From Macrostomum lignano (taxonomy: Eukaryota), in contig NIVC01000513.1 in assembly GCA_002269645.1 (NCBI GenBank), positions 310,001 through 374,000 on the forward strand: DNA of 64,000 bases, given 5' to 3'. Within the stretch, counting starts at the first letter, position 1; every line of letters starts with the position of its first letter. The translations under genes were made by a program, and so were the position numbers. The notes under the pieces were generated by a model. That model made no database searches, had not been told where the DNA came from, and saw only the letters and a list, made by a program, of their open reading frames with translations. Of the stretch, positions 1-26,825 are shown piece after piece.

Positions 1-7
1 TCAGTGG

Positions 8-215
8 AATTAACGCCCTTGAAGGCCAACCCCCAAGGCACAGTGAAGTGTACATGCCTAACGATAAATAAAGTTAGGGCCGCTGTACACCCCTGTGTGA
101 GTGTGTGCCTGTGCGTATGACTGCGTAAGTATCCGCGCGCTTGTGTGCCTGCTCAGGGGAGTCGGCAGAATGGGCAGTGTGACAATTTTGCTTAAAGTGC
201 GCCAGGGTGCACACA
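8..215. mobile_element. Interspersed repeat copy A (SINE/MITE-like), inverted relative to copy B
   Basis: Reverse complement of 1781-2008, e.g. cttgaaggccaacccccaaggcacagtg versus cactgtgccttgggggttggtcttcaag. Confidence 0.75.
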
Positions 216-398
216 GCTTCCCTGACTCTAATGATAAACAGTAGCTCTTTGTCCGGCTTCAGAATCTATCGGAGTGTACATTAAAGTACAGTCGGTTGTG
301 CATAAGTGAATTAAAAAGTCTTGAATTCGATGCAGCACCGTGAGAGTTACGAGCTAAGATCGGGTCTTTGTTGCAGCTAAATAACGGGAAGCACTCAC

Positions 399-3300
399 TC
401 CTGGGCAGGTCCTCGCCCGGTAGACCCGCAGGGTGAAGGTGGCCGGCCGCAGCTGCACGCCGGCCGGACGGAGCAGGTTGGCTTCGATGTCCTCGTCTTC
501 ATCGGCGTTGGCGGTCTGCTTGAAGCTCTGCGATTCGAGAGGGGGGGGCATTTGAATTGGATTGCAAACCCGGATTGCAATATTTGTATAATGATTCCAC
601 TTTGAATTCTCTCGAACTGTCTTTGATGTCTTGGTGATTCCCTTTTGATGTATTGAGGATTCCCTTCGGTGTCTTAGAGATTCCCTTTTGGTGCATTGGA
701 GATTCCCATTCGGTGTATTGGGGATTCCCATTCGGTGTCTTGGGGATTCCCTTCGGTGTATTGGGGATTCCCATTCGGTGTCTTGGGGATTCCCTTCGGT
801 GTCTTGGGGATTCCCTTCGGTGTCTTGGGGATTCCCTTTCAGTGTATTGGGAATTCCCCTCGGAGTCTTGTGGATTCCTTTTCAGTGTCTTGGGGATTCC
901 CTTCGGAGTCTTGTGGATTCCCTTTCAGTGTCTTGGGGATTCCCTTCGGTGTATTGGGGATTCCCTTCAATGTATTGGGGATTCCCTTCCATGTCTTGGG
1001 GATTCCCTTTTTGAGTGTATTGGGGATTCTCTTCGGTGTCTTGGGGATTCCCTTCGGTGTATCGGGGATTCTCTATCGGTGCATTTGGGATTCCCTTTCG
1101 TGAATTGTGGATTACCTTTCGGTGTATTGGCAATTCCTTTCAGTTTCCAGAGGATTCGCCTTTAAGTTGGGTGGAATTCCCTTTAAAAGCCGGAAGATTT
1201 CCCTCTTAAGTTTCCAGGGGATTCCTCATTAGTTTCCATCGTGATTTCACCTTAAGCTTCCAGGGGATTTCCCGTTGGTTACAGGGGATTTTGCTTCCTT
1301 CCAGAGAAATCAAACGAGATTTCTAGAGTGTTCCATTCGGCCAACTCGGAACTCCCCATTGGGAATCTCAGGGATTCCCCCAATAAAAGTACAGAGATTC
1401 CCAGAAAGTCGCACCGGCGCCTCATCGCCGGGGCCGAGGATGACTGCGCAGATTTTCAGGTAGCCCTTGGCGCCGCCCTGCGGGTCCTCGGGTCGCACAG
1501 CAGCAGCCACTTGTGCAGGAAGGCGTGGCCATCCTCCTCGTACAGCATGCCGAGGTCGAATTTGAAGGCTCCAATGAGGGCGTCCGAGCGGAGACGTCGG
1601 GAGTTGAACACCTGGGCGAAGATTGCGATAATTGGAGAGTTTAGATTACAATTCGATAGTGTCTTTTTGAGCTTATTGAAATTACCAGGGTCAAGGAAGT
1701 ACCTTTGCATCCCATGTACTTAGTGTATCTGACTTTCGCAAGGGGGTTTGGTCAATTTATTTTTATATTAGAGGCAGAGGGTTGTGTGCACCCTATGGCG
1801 CACTTTAAGCGACATTGTCACACAACCGGCTAGAGGCATTGCTGCCCATTCCACCGACTCCCCTGAGCAGGCACACAAGCGCGCGGATACTTACTCAGTC
1901 ATACGCACAGGCACACACTCACACAGGAGTGTACAGTGGCCCTAACTTTATCGTTAGGCATGTACACATCACTGTGCCTTGGGGGTTGGTCTTCAAGGCC
2001 GTTTATTGCACGAGCAGAGCCAAGCCGAGATTCCACTTTGGTTAAATTATATGACTGCCCTTGGAATCGAGCCTGGGCCGCTGTTACATCTAGGCTAGGC
2101 TACTAGGCTACGCCCCCAAAGTTGAGTAGACAGTTTAGCCGTCTACCTTCAACCCCTCCCATCCCGGTTCCTGCTTGTCCATAGCCTCTGATTCTCGCAA
2201 ACCTAGCCGTGTTTTTCAAGAACTGCTACCAAAGCCTGACAAGCCAGCAAGGTTCCGGCGAACTTTCACCTGTTCAAGTCTCTGTGGTGGTTTTTTCACG
2301 ACAGGATTTGTCTATGGTAAAACCCCATTTAGCGTGTCATTGCTTTCTTAGGAGTTTTGGGCGATTACAAGTTTGCCAATTGAGTGCTAAAATATCTTGT
2401 CACGTAGGTAAATATTACTAAATTTTCATGCGTTTCTACTAACAGTAGCTTAAGCAGAACCATGTGGAATTTGCTCTTAAGAATTGTTAGTTTTGGCCAC
2501 ACTTGCAATAACAACTCGGCTAAATTGGTTACCTTTCAGTTTTGCAGATCGAGGTAGCCAAGTATATACATTCCCAGCGACTGTTTAAAACTTTTTCGCA
2601 ACAAGCAATTGTAGCGGTTTTGTATTTATCCTGTTGTATGCTCGCTAAGCATGAGAAACTGCAGGTTCTTTATGTTTAGGGTTAATGCCAATGGTCTCGC
2701 CTCCATTCTGGTAAAAATGATGAAAGCTCTTTTGTAACATGTATATTCTATGTGTAACAGGTAATCCTTGTGTGTAAAAGGTTAATCACGAGTATAACAG
2801 GTGAATCAAATGTGCAACAGGTGAGCCCAGTGTGTAACAGGTGAGAACAGTGTAACAGGTGAGAACAGTGTAACTGGTGAGAACAGTGTAACAGGTGAGA
2901 ACAGTGTAACAGGTGAGAACAGTGTAACAGGTGAGAACAGTGTAACAGGTGAGAACAGTGTAACAGGTGGGAACAGTGTAACTGGTGAGAACAGTGTAAC
3001 TGGTGAGAACAGTGTAAGAGGTGAACCCAGTATATACATGTAGCAGGTGAATCAAATGTATAACAGGTGAGAACAGTGTAACTGGTGAGAACAGTGTGAC
3101 AGGTGAGAACAGTGTAACAGGTGAGAACAGTGTAACAGGTGAGAACAGTGTAACAGGTGAGAACAGTGTGACAGGTGAGAACAGTGTACCCGGTGAAGCC
3201 TCAATGCAAACCCTATCTTTGTCAGCTCACCCCGCACTCCACCAGTTCCTCCATTAGGTCGGCGGGTGACACGTGGAAATTGAAGAAGAACGTCTCGCCC

Positions 3301-6300
3301 CAGTAAGGCGAGTTTGTGGACTTCTTAATGCGGGTCTGCTTCATCTGGTTGTAGCAGGTGACCCGGCACACCGGACTGATGTTGGCGCCCTGCAGCTGGC
3401 GGGCCTCCACTACCTTGACGCGGATCTGGCGGGTTGTGGCGGGCAGCGGGGTGATCAGAGGTTATTTATGATATGTGACGCACACTTTAAATTCTTTACG
3501 AGCACTGGAGTATCCGTAATCACAAGTAATATTCATGACTCATAATCTATCATCAATTATCTATCACCCATCCTCAACGATCAATATGATCAATGATCAA
3601 CGATCACTCATCTATCCTCAATGATCACTCATCTATCCTCAACGATCACTCATCTATCCTCAACGATCACTCATCTATCCTCAATGATCACTCATCTATC
3701 CTCAACGATCACTCATCTATCCTCAACGATCACTCATCTATCCTCAATGATCACTCATCTATCCTCAACGATCACTCATCTATCCTCAACGATCACTCAT
3801 CTATCCTCAATGATCACTCATATATCCTCAATGATCACTCATATATCCTCAACGATCACTCATCTATCCTCAACGATCACTCATCTATCCTCAACGATCA
3901 CTCATCTATCCTCAATGATCACTCATCTATCCTCAACGATCACTCATCTATCCTCAACGATCACTCATCTATCCTCAATGATCACTCATATATCCTCAAT
4001 GATCACTCATCTATCCTCAATGATCACTCATCTATCCTCAACGATCACTCATCTATCCTCAACGATCACTCATCTATCCTCAATGATCACTCATATATCC
4101 TCAACGATCACTCATCTATCCTCAACGATCACTCATCTATCCTCAACGATCACTCATCTATCCTCAATGATCACTCATATATCCTCAACGATCACTCATA
4201 TATCCTCAACGATCACTCATCTATCCTCAACGATCACTCATATATCCTCAACGATCACTCATCTATCCTCAACGATCACTAATCTATCCTCAATGATCAC
4301 TCATCTATCCTCAACGATCACTCATCTATCCTCAACGATCACTCATCTATCCTCAATGATCACTCATCTATCCTCAATGATCACTCATCTATCCTCAATG
4401 ATCACTCATCTATCCTCAATGATCACTCATCTATCTTCAACGAACACTCATCTATCCTCAATGATGACTCATCTATCCTCAATGAAAACTCATCTATCCT
4501 CAATGATCACTCATCTATCATTAATGAACATTCATCTATTCTCAATGATCACTCATCTATCCTCAATGATCACTCATCTATCCTCAACGATCACTCATCT
4601 ATCCTCAACGATCACTCATCTATCCTCAATGATAACTCATCTATCCTCAACGATCACTCATCTATCCTCAACGATCACTCATCTATCCTCAATGATAACT
4701 CATCTATCCTCAACGAACACTCATCTATCCTCAATGATAACTCATCTATCCTCAACGATCACTCATCTATCCTCAACGATCACTCATCTATCCTCAACGA
4801 TCACTCATCTATCCTCAATGATAACTCATCTATCCTCAATGATCACTCATCTATCCTCAACGATCACTCATCTATCCTCAATGATAACTTATCTATCCTC
4901 AATGATCACTCATCTATCCTCAACGATCACTCAGCTATCCTCAACGATCACTCATCTATCCTCAATGATAACTTATCTATCCTCAATGATCACTCATCTA
5001 TCCTCAACGATCACTCATCTATCCTCAATGATAACTTATCTATCCTCAATGATCACTCATCTATCCTCAACGATCACTCATCTATCCTCAATGATAACTT
5101 ATCTATCCTCAATGATCACTCATCTATCCTCAACGATCACTCATCTATCCTCAATGATCACTCATCTATCCTCAATGATCACTCATCTTCCTGATGGGCC
5201 TGGCCAATGGGGTCGGCTCTATGGCTGGAATCTTCCTGCCGGTGGCCACCGCCTACATGGCGGAGGATCACGTGAGTGCCGGAGTGAGAGGGGGGTGGGA
5301 AGTGTGTTGGGTAAGAGAGAGAATAGGAAAAGACTGATTGGAGAGAGGGTGGGCAGATATTGGGGAAGACTATGGAGAAAGGAGGAGAGTATGTGGGGAG
5401 AGGGGATAGTATGGGGGAGAGGGGAGAGTATGGGGGAGAGGGGAGAGTATGGGGTAGAGGGGGAGAGTATGGGGTATAGGGGGAGAGTATGGGGTAGAGG
5501 GGGAGAGTGTGGGGGAGAGGGGAGAGTATGGGGTATAGGGGAGAGTATATGGTAGAGGTGGAGAGTATGGGGGAGAGAGGGAGAGTATGGGGTATAGGGG
5601 AGAGTATGGGGTAGAGGGGGAGAGTATGGGGTAGAGGGGGAGAGTGTGGGGGAGAGGGGAGAGTATGGGGTATAGGGGAGAGTATATGGTAGAGGTGGAG
5701 AGTATGGGGGAGAGAGGGAGAGTATGGGGTATAGGGGAGAGTATGGGGTAGAGGGGGAGAGTGTGGGAGAGAGGAGAGTAGAGAGTTGATCGTTGATCAA
5801 AAATCTTGATCAACGATCACTCATCTATCCTCAATGATCACTCATCTATCCTCAATGATCAATGATCTCTATAGCCAGTCTATAATCTATCATCCATGAC
5901 ACATGATCCATCATCAATGATATATGATCTATAAACTATTAACAATTTCACTTGTGACTTCACGTTCTCGAATGCTTTGTTAACAAAATATACAGTACAG
6001 GACTCCAGCCCTCCAATCCAGTCCCTGCCTACTACAGCCAAACTCGTTCTGGTCCGCATCTGCATGCGAATATAGTTTTGGCATGATGAAACGCATTTTT
6101 GTTTAAACCAAATTATTTTGAAACCATCAGCAGAGCGCCGTTCCGCAATTGAGTCGAAAATAATATCAAAGCGGCGGAGGCAGCGCTTAAAAGTTTCAGA
6201 GGAAAAAAATCATTGAGCTGCCTCACTGGCTTCCTCTCGAGCAGAACTCATCTATAATTATTCCCGTAATTGGCCAATTTCAACTTCACATACAGTTTGA

Positions 6301-6703
6301 GATGAGCTGTGTAACGTTTAAACAAAGTTGGTTGCTAGCTATAAAATGCCGCCAAAAATGAATGGAGAATCGGAATGCAATTCTTGCATTGAAATCAGAG
6401 ATAAAGTATGCATACTACATTTCTGGCATAAAATATTCCAACGGCAGAAAACAGTTCTGAACATAAATAAGATCAACTTTTGATTAGTCAACAAGACTTT
6501 TAAGGACTCTTACCAGTGCATTTCTGTCTCTAACTCCAGATTTTCAAACTAAAGCATAGAAAACCAAGTCATGCCTTATCTCAGAGAGTCACCCACCACC
6601 TCCTATCGTCCAGGCTGATCAACATGCAATCGTGCATTACAGCTCGCACAGCTGATTCACATTTCTCCGCCTGAGTGGAAAACTTGGATGCTAGAAATCT
6701 GCC

Positions 6704-6760
<57 letters not shown>

Positions 6761-6819
6761 TAGTGTCTGTGTGTCTGTGTGTCTTAGTGTCTTAGTGTCT
6801 TAGTGTCTTAGTGTCTTAG

Positions 6820-6864
<45 letters not shown>

Positions 6865-7019
6865 TAGTGTCTGTGTGTCTTAGTGTCTTAGTGTCTTAGT
6901 GTCTTAGTGTCTTAGTGTCTGTCTGTCTGTCTGTCTATCTGTCTGTCTGTCTATCTGTCTGTCTGTCTATCTGTCTGTCTGTCTGTCTTAGTGTCTGTCT
7001 GTCTGTCTGTCTGTTTGTG

Positions 7020-7052
<33 letters not shown>

Positions 7053-8733
7053 GCCTTGAAATCTTGTTTTGAATAAAAAAAATCAAAATGAAAAACAAAA
7101 TCACTCAGATAAACACAATCTAAGGTTAAAATGGTCTACAATGATGCAAAACTTTGTAGTAAAATGACCAAAACACGGATACAGAACCTGAATAAAAATG
7201 AACAAAACTTTACCTGAAAGTCCTGCGGCTTGTTGCTCAGCTTGGATCGAGTTTTTCTTCTAGCAGCGCTGCCGACATTGCGCCGCCGACGGTGATGGCC
7301 GCCAGCCCGTCTCCGGTGGTGCTGATCATGGTGACCCTCTAATGACGGGTCGCCAAAGTCGCCGTCGGGTTCGTCAACTTCATAATCCAGCTCTGAGTCG
7401 CCATCGTCTGCCCGGACATCTACAACCGTGCCCTGGCGTTCGTTACCAGTGCTGCCATCTGGAAAGTTGATTGTTTTTTATTGGGTGCTGAAAGATAGAG
7501 TGCAGAAGGCATCCTAAAGCAACGACTCTGGCGACATCGTGCTGCAGGTGACATTGCGTTGAGTCAACACTAACCCATACCGCTGTCTCTCAGTAACTTT
7601 CAATGCTCCACCTCTGCCATTTATTAATGGCTTAGAATCATTGATGAAAAGTAAATTCTGTAACTAATAATTTCTCTTCAAAATTAGGTAATTCATAGTT
7701 CAAAGGCAAGTCATATACAAACAGATTGATCTTTTAATTACTTTGCACTCAACTACTAATTAGTAATCATTAGACTCAGTCATTGCATAATCAGTAGGCA
7801 AGTTTTGAAATAGCTTTTAATTAGGATAGATTTCAACATAGAAGCTTATTAAGAAAAATAACTTACCTTTTTATCAATCCATGTGGTTGGCTAATTTTAA
7901 AGCTCATGTAAGGTATAAATTTGTATTTGATAGATTAAACAATAGGAATAATTACCCTTAAGGTATATGTTTAAAATGAAACTAATTGATATAACTTACA
8001 ATTATCCAATACAAAAAAATAGAAATACAAATTAAAAAATAACTTACCTTTCTTCTTTCCTATGTAGGCAATCATAAGTTTGATAGTTGCCTAAAATAAA
8101 GAACAAAAATTTGGTATTAGATAATAGTTACATAGAGAAGATAATTCACAAAAAATACTTACACCAATAGCTCGCTTATTAGCATCTTGAAGTGGTGCAT
8201 TAACTTCAATAGTTTGCTTGCCACCTTTTACTAGGTCTTTCAATGATATTTCACACATTCCAAGAAGTCTGAAAAATTAAGAATAAAAAACCAGTCCTTA
8301 ATTAAATACGAGTAGCTATGCTTAATATATCTAAAAACATTTTTGAATGATATCAACTTACTTATCTGAGCCAATCTTTTCATAGTCCTTAACAGTAATT
8401 ATCACTTTGTCTTCAGCTGTCAATGGTGGGCCAACATCAAACTCTAACTTCTCTTTCCAAACTGGATTGAGATCATTGTCAATCACCTTGGTCTTACTTT
8501 TCAGACCTAAAACGAGCATTCATTATTATGATAGCATTCAAACATATGGTTAGTTCAAACATAAAAAAGGCTATATTGCCAAAACAGGAGAGTTAAAATT
8601 TATTAAGGCTAGTGCTAGTGATCTGAAAATACTGACCTTTAATTTCAACGATGCAATACGGATCGCTGGCTCCAAACGTGTCAACATTAGGCAGATTAGA
8701 TGCACTATCAACCGTAACGATTAGCTTTGACAT
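399..8733 (-). CDS. Type I ferlin (myoferlin/dysferlin-like), 5' part: C2A, linker, C2B and start of FerI/C2C; continues beyond the left edge
   Basis: Phase-consistent exons, all GT-AG: 8733-8637 (MSKLIVTVDSASNLPNVDTFGASDPYCIVEIK), 8506-8362 (KTKVIDNDLNPVWKE), 8268-8163, 8090-8048, 7458-7214 (ends LSNKPQDFQ), 3425-3231 (IRVKVVEARQLQG...STNSPYWGETFFFNF), 1611-1415 (KWLLLCDPEDPQGGAKGYLK), 527-399 (DIEANLLRPAGV...VYRAEDLPR). These motifs match myoferlin/dysferlin. One missing base at ~1491 and one at ~415 are needed to keep the frame. Confidence 0.93.
640..1140. repeat. Intronic minisatellite, ~21-22 bp unit (ggggattcccttcggtgtctt)
   Basis: Direct tandem copies are visible, and they account for the overlapping low-complexity ORFs. 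Confidence 0.9.
1781..2008. mobile_element. Interspersed repeat copy B (a diverged third copy lies at ~15292-15420)
   Basis: Shares caggcacacactcacacaggagtgta...actgtgccttggggg with 8-215 (inverted) and 15292-15420 (same orientation). Confidence 0.75.
2826..3190. repeat. 18-bp minisatellite (aacaggtgagaacagtgt)
   Basis: Tandem copies next to ferlin exon 3231-3425. Confidence 0.92.
5191..5271 (+). pseudogene. Orphan exon fragment of an SLC17-family MFS transporter (VGLUT/sialin-like)
   Basis: Translates as LMGLANGVGSMAGIFLPVATAYMAEDH and is followed by a consensus donor, GTGAGT. It resembles the SLC17 segment ILMGISNGVGTLSGMVCP. The 5' end is truncated by the minisatellite and no acceptor is present. 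Confidence 0.7.
5330..5785. repeat. Purine-rich minisatellite (ggggagagtatggggtagagg-like)
   Basis: Tandem G/A-rich units that follow the orphan exon donor. Confidence 0.88.
6705..7052. repeat. (CTGT)n / (CTTAGTGT)n compound microsatellite
   Basis: Read directly from the sequence. Confidence 0.95.
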
Positions 8734-11068
8734 TATTAATCTATGAAGTTGAATTAAAGCTAAAAAAATTTAGGAGTAAGCTTTGGAAAAGTTGAGCAAC
8801 TCAAAATATATTTGGTTTGGCATCGAAATAGCGGAGTGAGATGCCCAGGTCTAGCTCACGCTAAAGTAATTCGAAGTTAGAAGTTGAATTTGCGCGCACG
8901 CTAATAAGAATAGGAGTTCATATTGTTAAACTTTAAAACAAATTAAAAATATTTGTGCTAGCCGTGAATGCATATGCTGAAGGAGCAAAATACTGTCGGA
9001 AAAATATAATAATAATACCATTAAATTTTAATTTGCAATTAGGTAGATTCTTTATGCTAAATCTAAAAATTGATGAACCAGACGAAATATCAAAACAAAT
9101 GAATTGTCCCTAATATTGCACCAGTTTTTATAGACCGTGTCTACTGCGGAAGAGAAACTGAAGCTCCGAAAAAGCCAGTCGCTTCTAAATATTTAGCGAG
9201 CGCGTACGCATGCAACAATTAGACCCTTGGGCCGGGTCTCGATCTCTTGTGCATGTAACGCAAAGCAAAAAGGGAAGAAAAGGAAAAGGAAGGAAGGAAC
9301 AAATAAGTAAGCAATGGTTGAAGCATCGTGGATAATGAGCATTCCTACCCCACTTCCCCTCAACCCCTTTCACAACACAACTACACTGTACGTCATCACA
9401 CCATGCAGCAGAGTACTTTTGATTGCACTTAATTGTGATAGATTTTAAAAGAAGTAAATTTTAATAAAGAGCGCTAGGCTGCTAATGTTTTAAAATATTC
9501 TGCCTTTGATTTTAAAATCTGTGCTTATTTAATGTTTGTTTTGCCTGACAGCCGAAGTAAATGATATTTACAATGTATATGTAGGGCTACATCTATAGAC
9601 ATGCATCATGCAGTACATGTCAACAAGAGCTGCCATGGAAACTTCGATCGCTTCTTGAAAAATCGCAGGGCTTTATTTGTTTGTGATGATTAGTAACTTT
9701 TTCTTTTTTGGAATAAAATCGATGAGAGCGCGGAAAGGTCATCGATCTGTTATTTTAATTATTAAATCAGTTACATCAGTACTTGCATCAGTTACAGCTT
9801 GAGTTCCTGTCTATAATTGCTGCATTATTTACATGTACATCATGCATACATATACATGTACGTAGTAGAGCTTTGCTTTGTTAAAACAGAAAAAACCGTA
9901 TAAATTTTTGCGCATATCTCAAAGTATCGAGGAACCGCGAAAAATGAAAAAAATACAAACAGAATGACTTTTCAGTTTGCCCATTTTTGTTAAATTGCCA
10001 TATGACCATATCTATCAATTATATAATCAGCGTACGTGCAGTACAGTTACATCGAAACGTACCCTTTCCAAGAATTAACCAGGTGCGGCCTTCTAAATCA
10101 TCGAAAGCTCTCTCGAAACTGGGTTTTCGGCTAGAAAAGGGCTCAAAACTAACTTGCCAATCAAGCATCTGTCTTTTGCTTTGAATTTCGAAGTCATAGC
10201 CGATTAAAGGGAAACTATGGCTTCGACTGTACCGTGGCACTCCGTGGCATAGCAGCCAGACGTGCTAAGGATTGCCCAGGCCTCTGCGAAGTCCCAAACC
10301 TGGATCCGTCGGCTGGCGCCCCGGAACATGATGATCGCGAGGCCCAACAGTATTGGCCCAGCTGTACCAAGTAGCAACCTCAGATTCGGCACTCTGATCT
10401 GCCGGCGGGAGCCCTTAAAGACTCTGGCGTCGCACCACGTGCGAGCCTGCTAATACTGAAATCTCTTATCCCGCTAAAAGGACAGGTCGGGAGCTTAGAT
10501 GCATTTTTTACATGATGTATTCAAGGACCACTAGAAGTTACCGTTGTTACAACAGAAATAAATAGTATAATACGCGCTCATCAACGTGTATCATACATGC
10601 ATTCGATCGCCAAAGAAAATATCTCAAAAAGTGCACACAACTAAGCAGTCTTGCAATTAAATTCTGGCCTCTAATATACACTGTACATGCAGTAGTCTTT
10701 CTTTGAGCTTGTTAGTAGTTCACACATTAAAATTACAACTGTACACTACATGTACATGTATATAAACTTCATATAGTGGGGCGGGCCCTTTGGTAAACTT
10801 GTTACGTAGTACTGTGTAACTTTATCACAGTCACAGGGAGGTCAAGTTCAGAATTATCCAGCTATTAAGCGCAGGGATACGCGAAGCCCTGCTCAAGGAG
10901 AGCGACTCGGATACATAGATTTATTGGGCACGCTGGACGAGAGAGCCACCAGACTGAAGCAGGTGATGAGCAAGAACACGCCCCGCAAGTTCGCCCATGG
11001 TCTCCGCGGTTGACGACCAGCAGCAACTGGAGACACTGACAGCCGCCGTGACAAGAGGCGCCCGCCTT

Positions 11069-11215
11069 CTCGCCTTAGTCTGGAGCCTAAACATTTCAGG
11101 TCGTACATGTGTACGTGAAGCACTTCACCGCGTTCATCGATCATAAGCCACTGAAGGGCCTGCTGCAGACTAAGGAACCTGAAGGGCGTCTGGCGCGCTG
11201 GCTTGACACGATTTA
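11069..11215 (+). mobile_element. Degenerate Ty3/Gypsy LTR-retrotransposon RNase H fragment
   Basis: With two frameshifts it reads LALVWSL-KHFRSY...KHFTAFIDHKPLKGLLQTKEPEGRLARWL. This matches the gypsy RNase H signature (ALVWALKHFRxYLxG..FT..TDHKPL....GRLARW). Confidence 0.8.
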
Positions 11216-11740
11216 GCGAGATGGGATAGGCGAGAGAGTGGTTACCCCCGAGGCGTACGGACACTTCGAGGTGGGAGTGGAGAGGCTGTTAGCGTACAGA
11301 CACTCGGCCAGCCCCACGGAGAGAGGGAGATGCAGATGAGGAGGCTGTGAGCAGGTAGCCACTCAGCAGCAGCAGAGGGAGCACAGGTCTGGAGGCGTAC
11401 AGACACTTCGCAGACCCGAAGCTGGAAGACGGTGGCGAAAGAAGTGTATAATGGAGACGGGACAAATTAACGAAAGCAAACACTGTCTTACCGCGGGTGG
11501 GATCACTTGTCGCGCTCATGCAGGCGTGGCCTCTAATATTTTATTCTGCTCAAGCACAAAGTTCGTAGTGGTAGAGGGAGAGCAGGGAGGGCGAGAGCCG
11601 GGCGAGGGCCTCGAGCGCACATAAACACTGGGTGAGCACTGAACAGGGAACTGAGGTGGGTGGGCTTAGCCACGCAGGGCTGGGGGGTGGAGGCAAAACT
11701 CACAGAGTTGAAAGGCAATAGAGAAGAAAGGGAAGGCTAG

Positions 11741-11864
11741 CCAATCAGGTGCCTCCGCGGCGAGACACATGATTGGACTAGCCCACACGAGAGAGAGATG
11801 AAAAGATGCCATGCAGCCAATAAAAATGGGGGTAAATGAAAATGAGAAAAAATAAAATAATTGG
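11741..11864. promoter_or_regulatory. Cluster of four CCAAT boxes in alternating orientation between the divergent ferlin and groucho genes
   Basis: CCAAT at 11741 and 11817, ATTGG at 11772 and 11860, followed by a GC-rich stretch. Promoter function is inferred. Confidence 0.4.
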
Positions 11865-12631
11865 CAGCTTTAGACTGAGGGGAAAGCCAGAAAAACCCAG
11901 TGGCAGGGAGAGGAGGGGCGGAGAGCGCAGGGGTCGGGGCACGGGCATTGTGAGGCGCAGCTCACAACACATGTTTCAGTGGCAAACAAACAGTTTTCAA
12001 TATAAAACAAATTTGAAGTTAAAACGATCTTAAAGCAAACTTTTAAATTTGCGTTTAGTAATACATGGGATAGATGCTGATTGCTTAGTTTAAAGTTTTG
12101 ATTTTGACATATGATGGTATCTCTAAATGTCCCGGTTTTTATTGGAGTTGTTTTTAACAAATATAACCTTGTTGTCTAATAATTTCTAGAACAGAAAATT
12201 TTAGTCGCTTAGTAATTTTGTGTTTAAAGGTTAGCTAGCAAAAGGTCATTGTTTTACTAAGATAGTTTGTAAAACCAGAGGGCAAAAATTAACTTACTGA
12301 AATATAGGATTTTTATTCTCTTCAAAGGTTCGTTCTATCTAGTTTTGGATGTGAAAGGATACCTCTGCGGCTCTAAGTTAACCCCGTGCGTCCTAAGTCC
12401 TAATGCCTAGTCTTTAAGTTTCAGGCTATACATTTTACTAACGCGATTAGTGTATAGTTCTCTGATTGTGTTAATTTTTTATTCACCTGTGACCTTGTCC
12501 TAACTCCTAGCGAGTCGCGACAAATTGTAAACACTTGTTGAACGGATATTTTAGTATTAGACCAGTATTTTTATTTTTAACATAAATTTGAATATGTCTA
12601 TTTTAAACTAAATTTTAGCTACAATACCTGA

Positions 12632-26825
<14,194 letters not shown>

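Larger units (their letters stand above)
3590..5860. repeat. 21-bp minisatellite (caacgatcactcatctatcct), interrupted at 5191-5810
   Basis: Long tandem array; the same unit resumes at ~5810-5860. Confidence 0.95.

Noticed and set aside
3593-5555. 229-aa and 644-aa ORFs (INDHSS/ITHLSS repeats)
   Set aside because: They are translations of a 21-bp intronic minisatellite, antisense to ferlin, with no domain content.
9987-10453. GC-rich patch with several 60-70 aa ORFs
   Set aside because: No recognisable domain or consistent splice signals.
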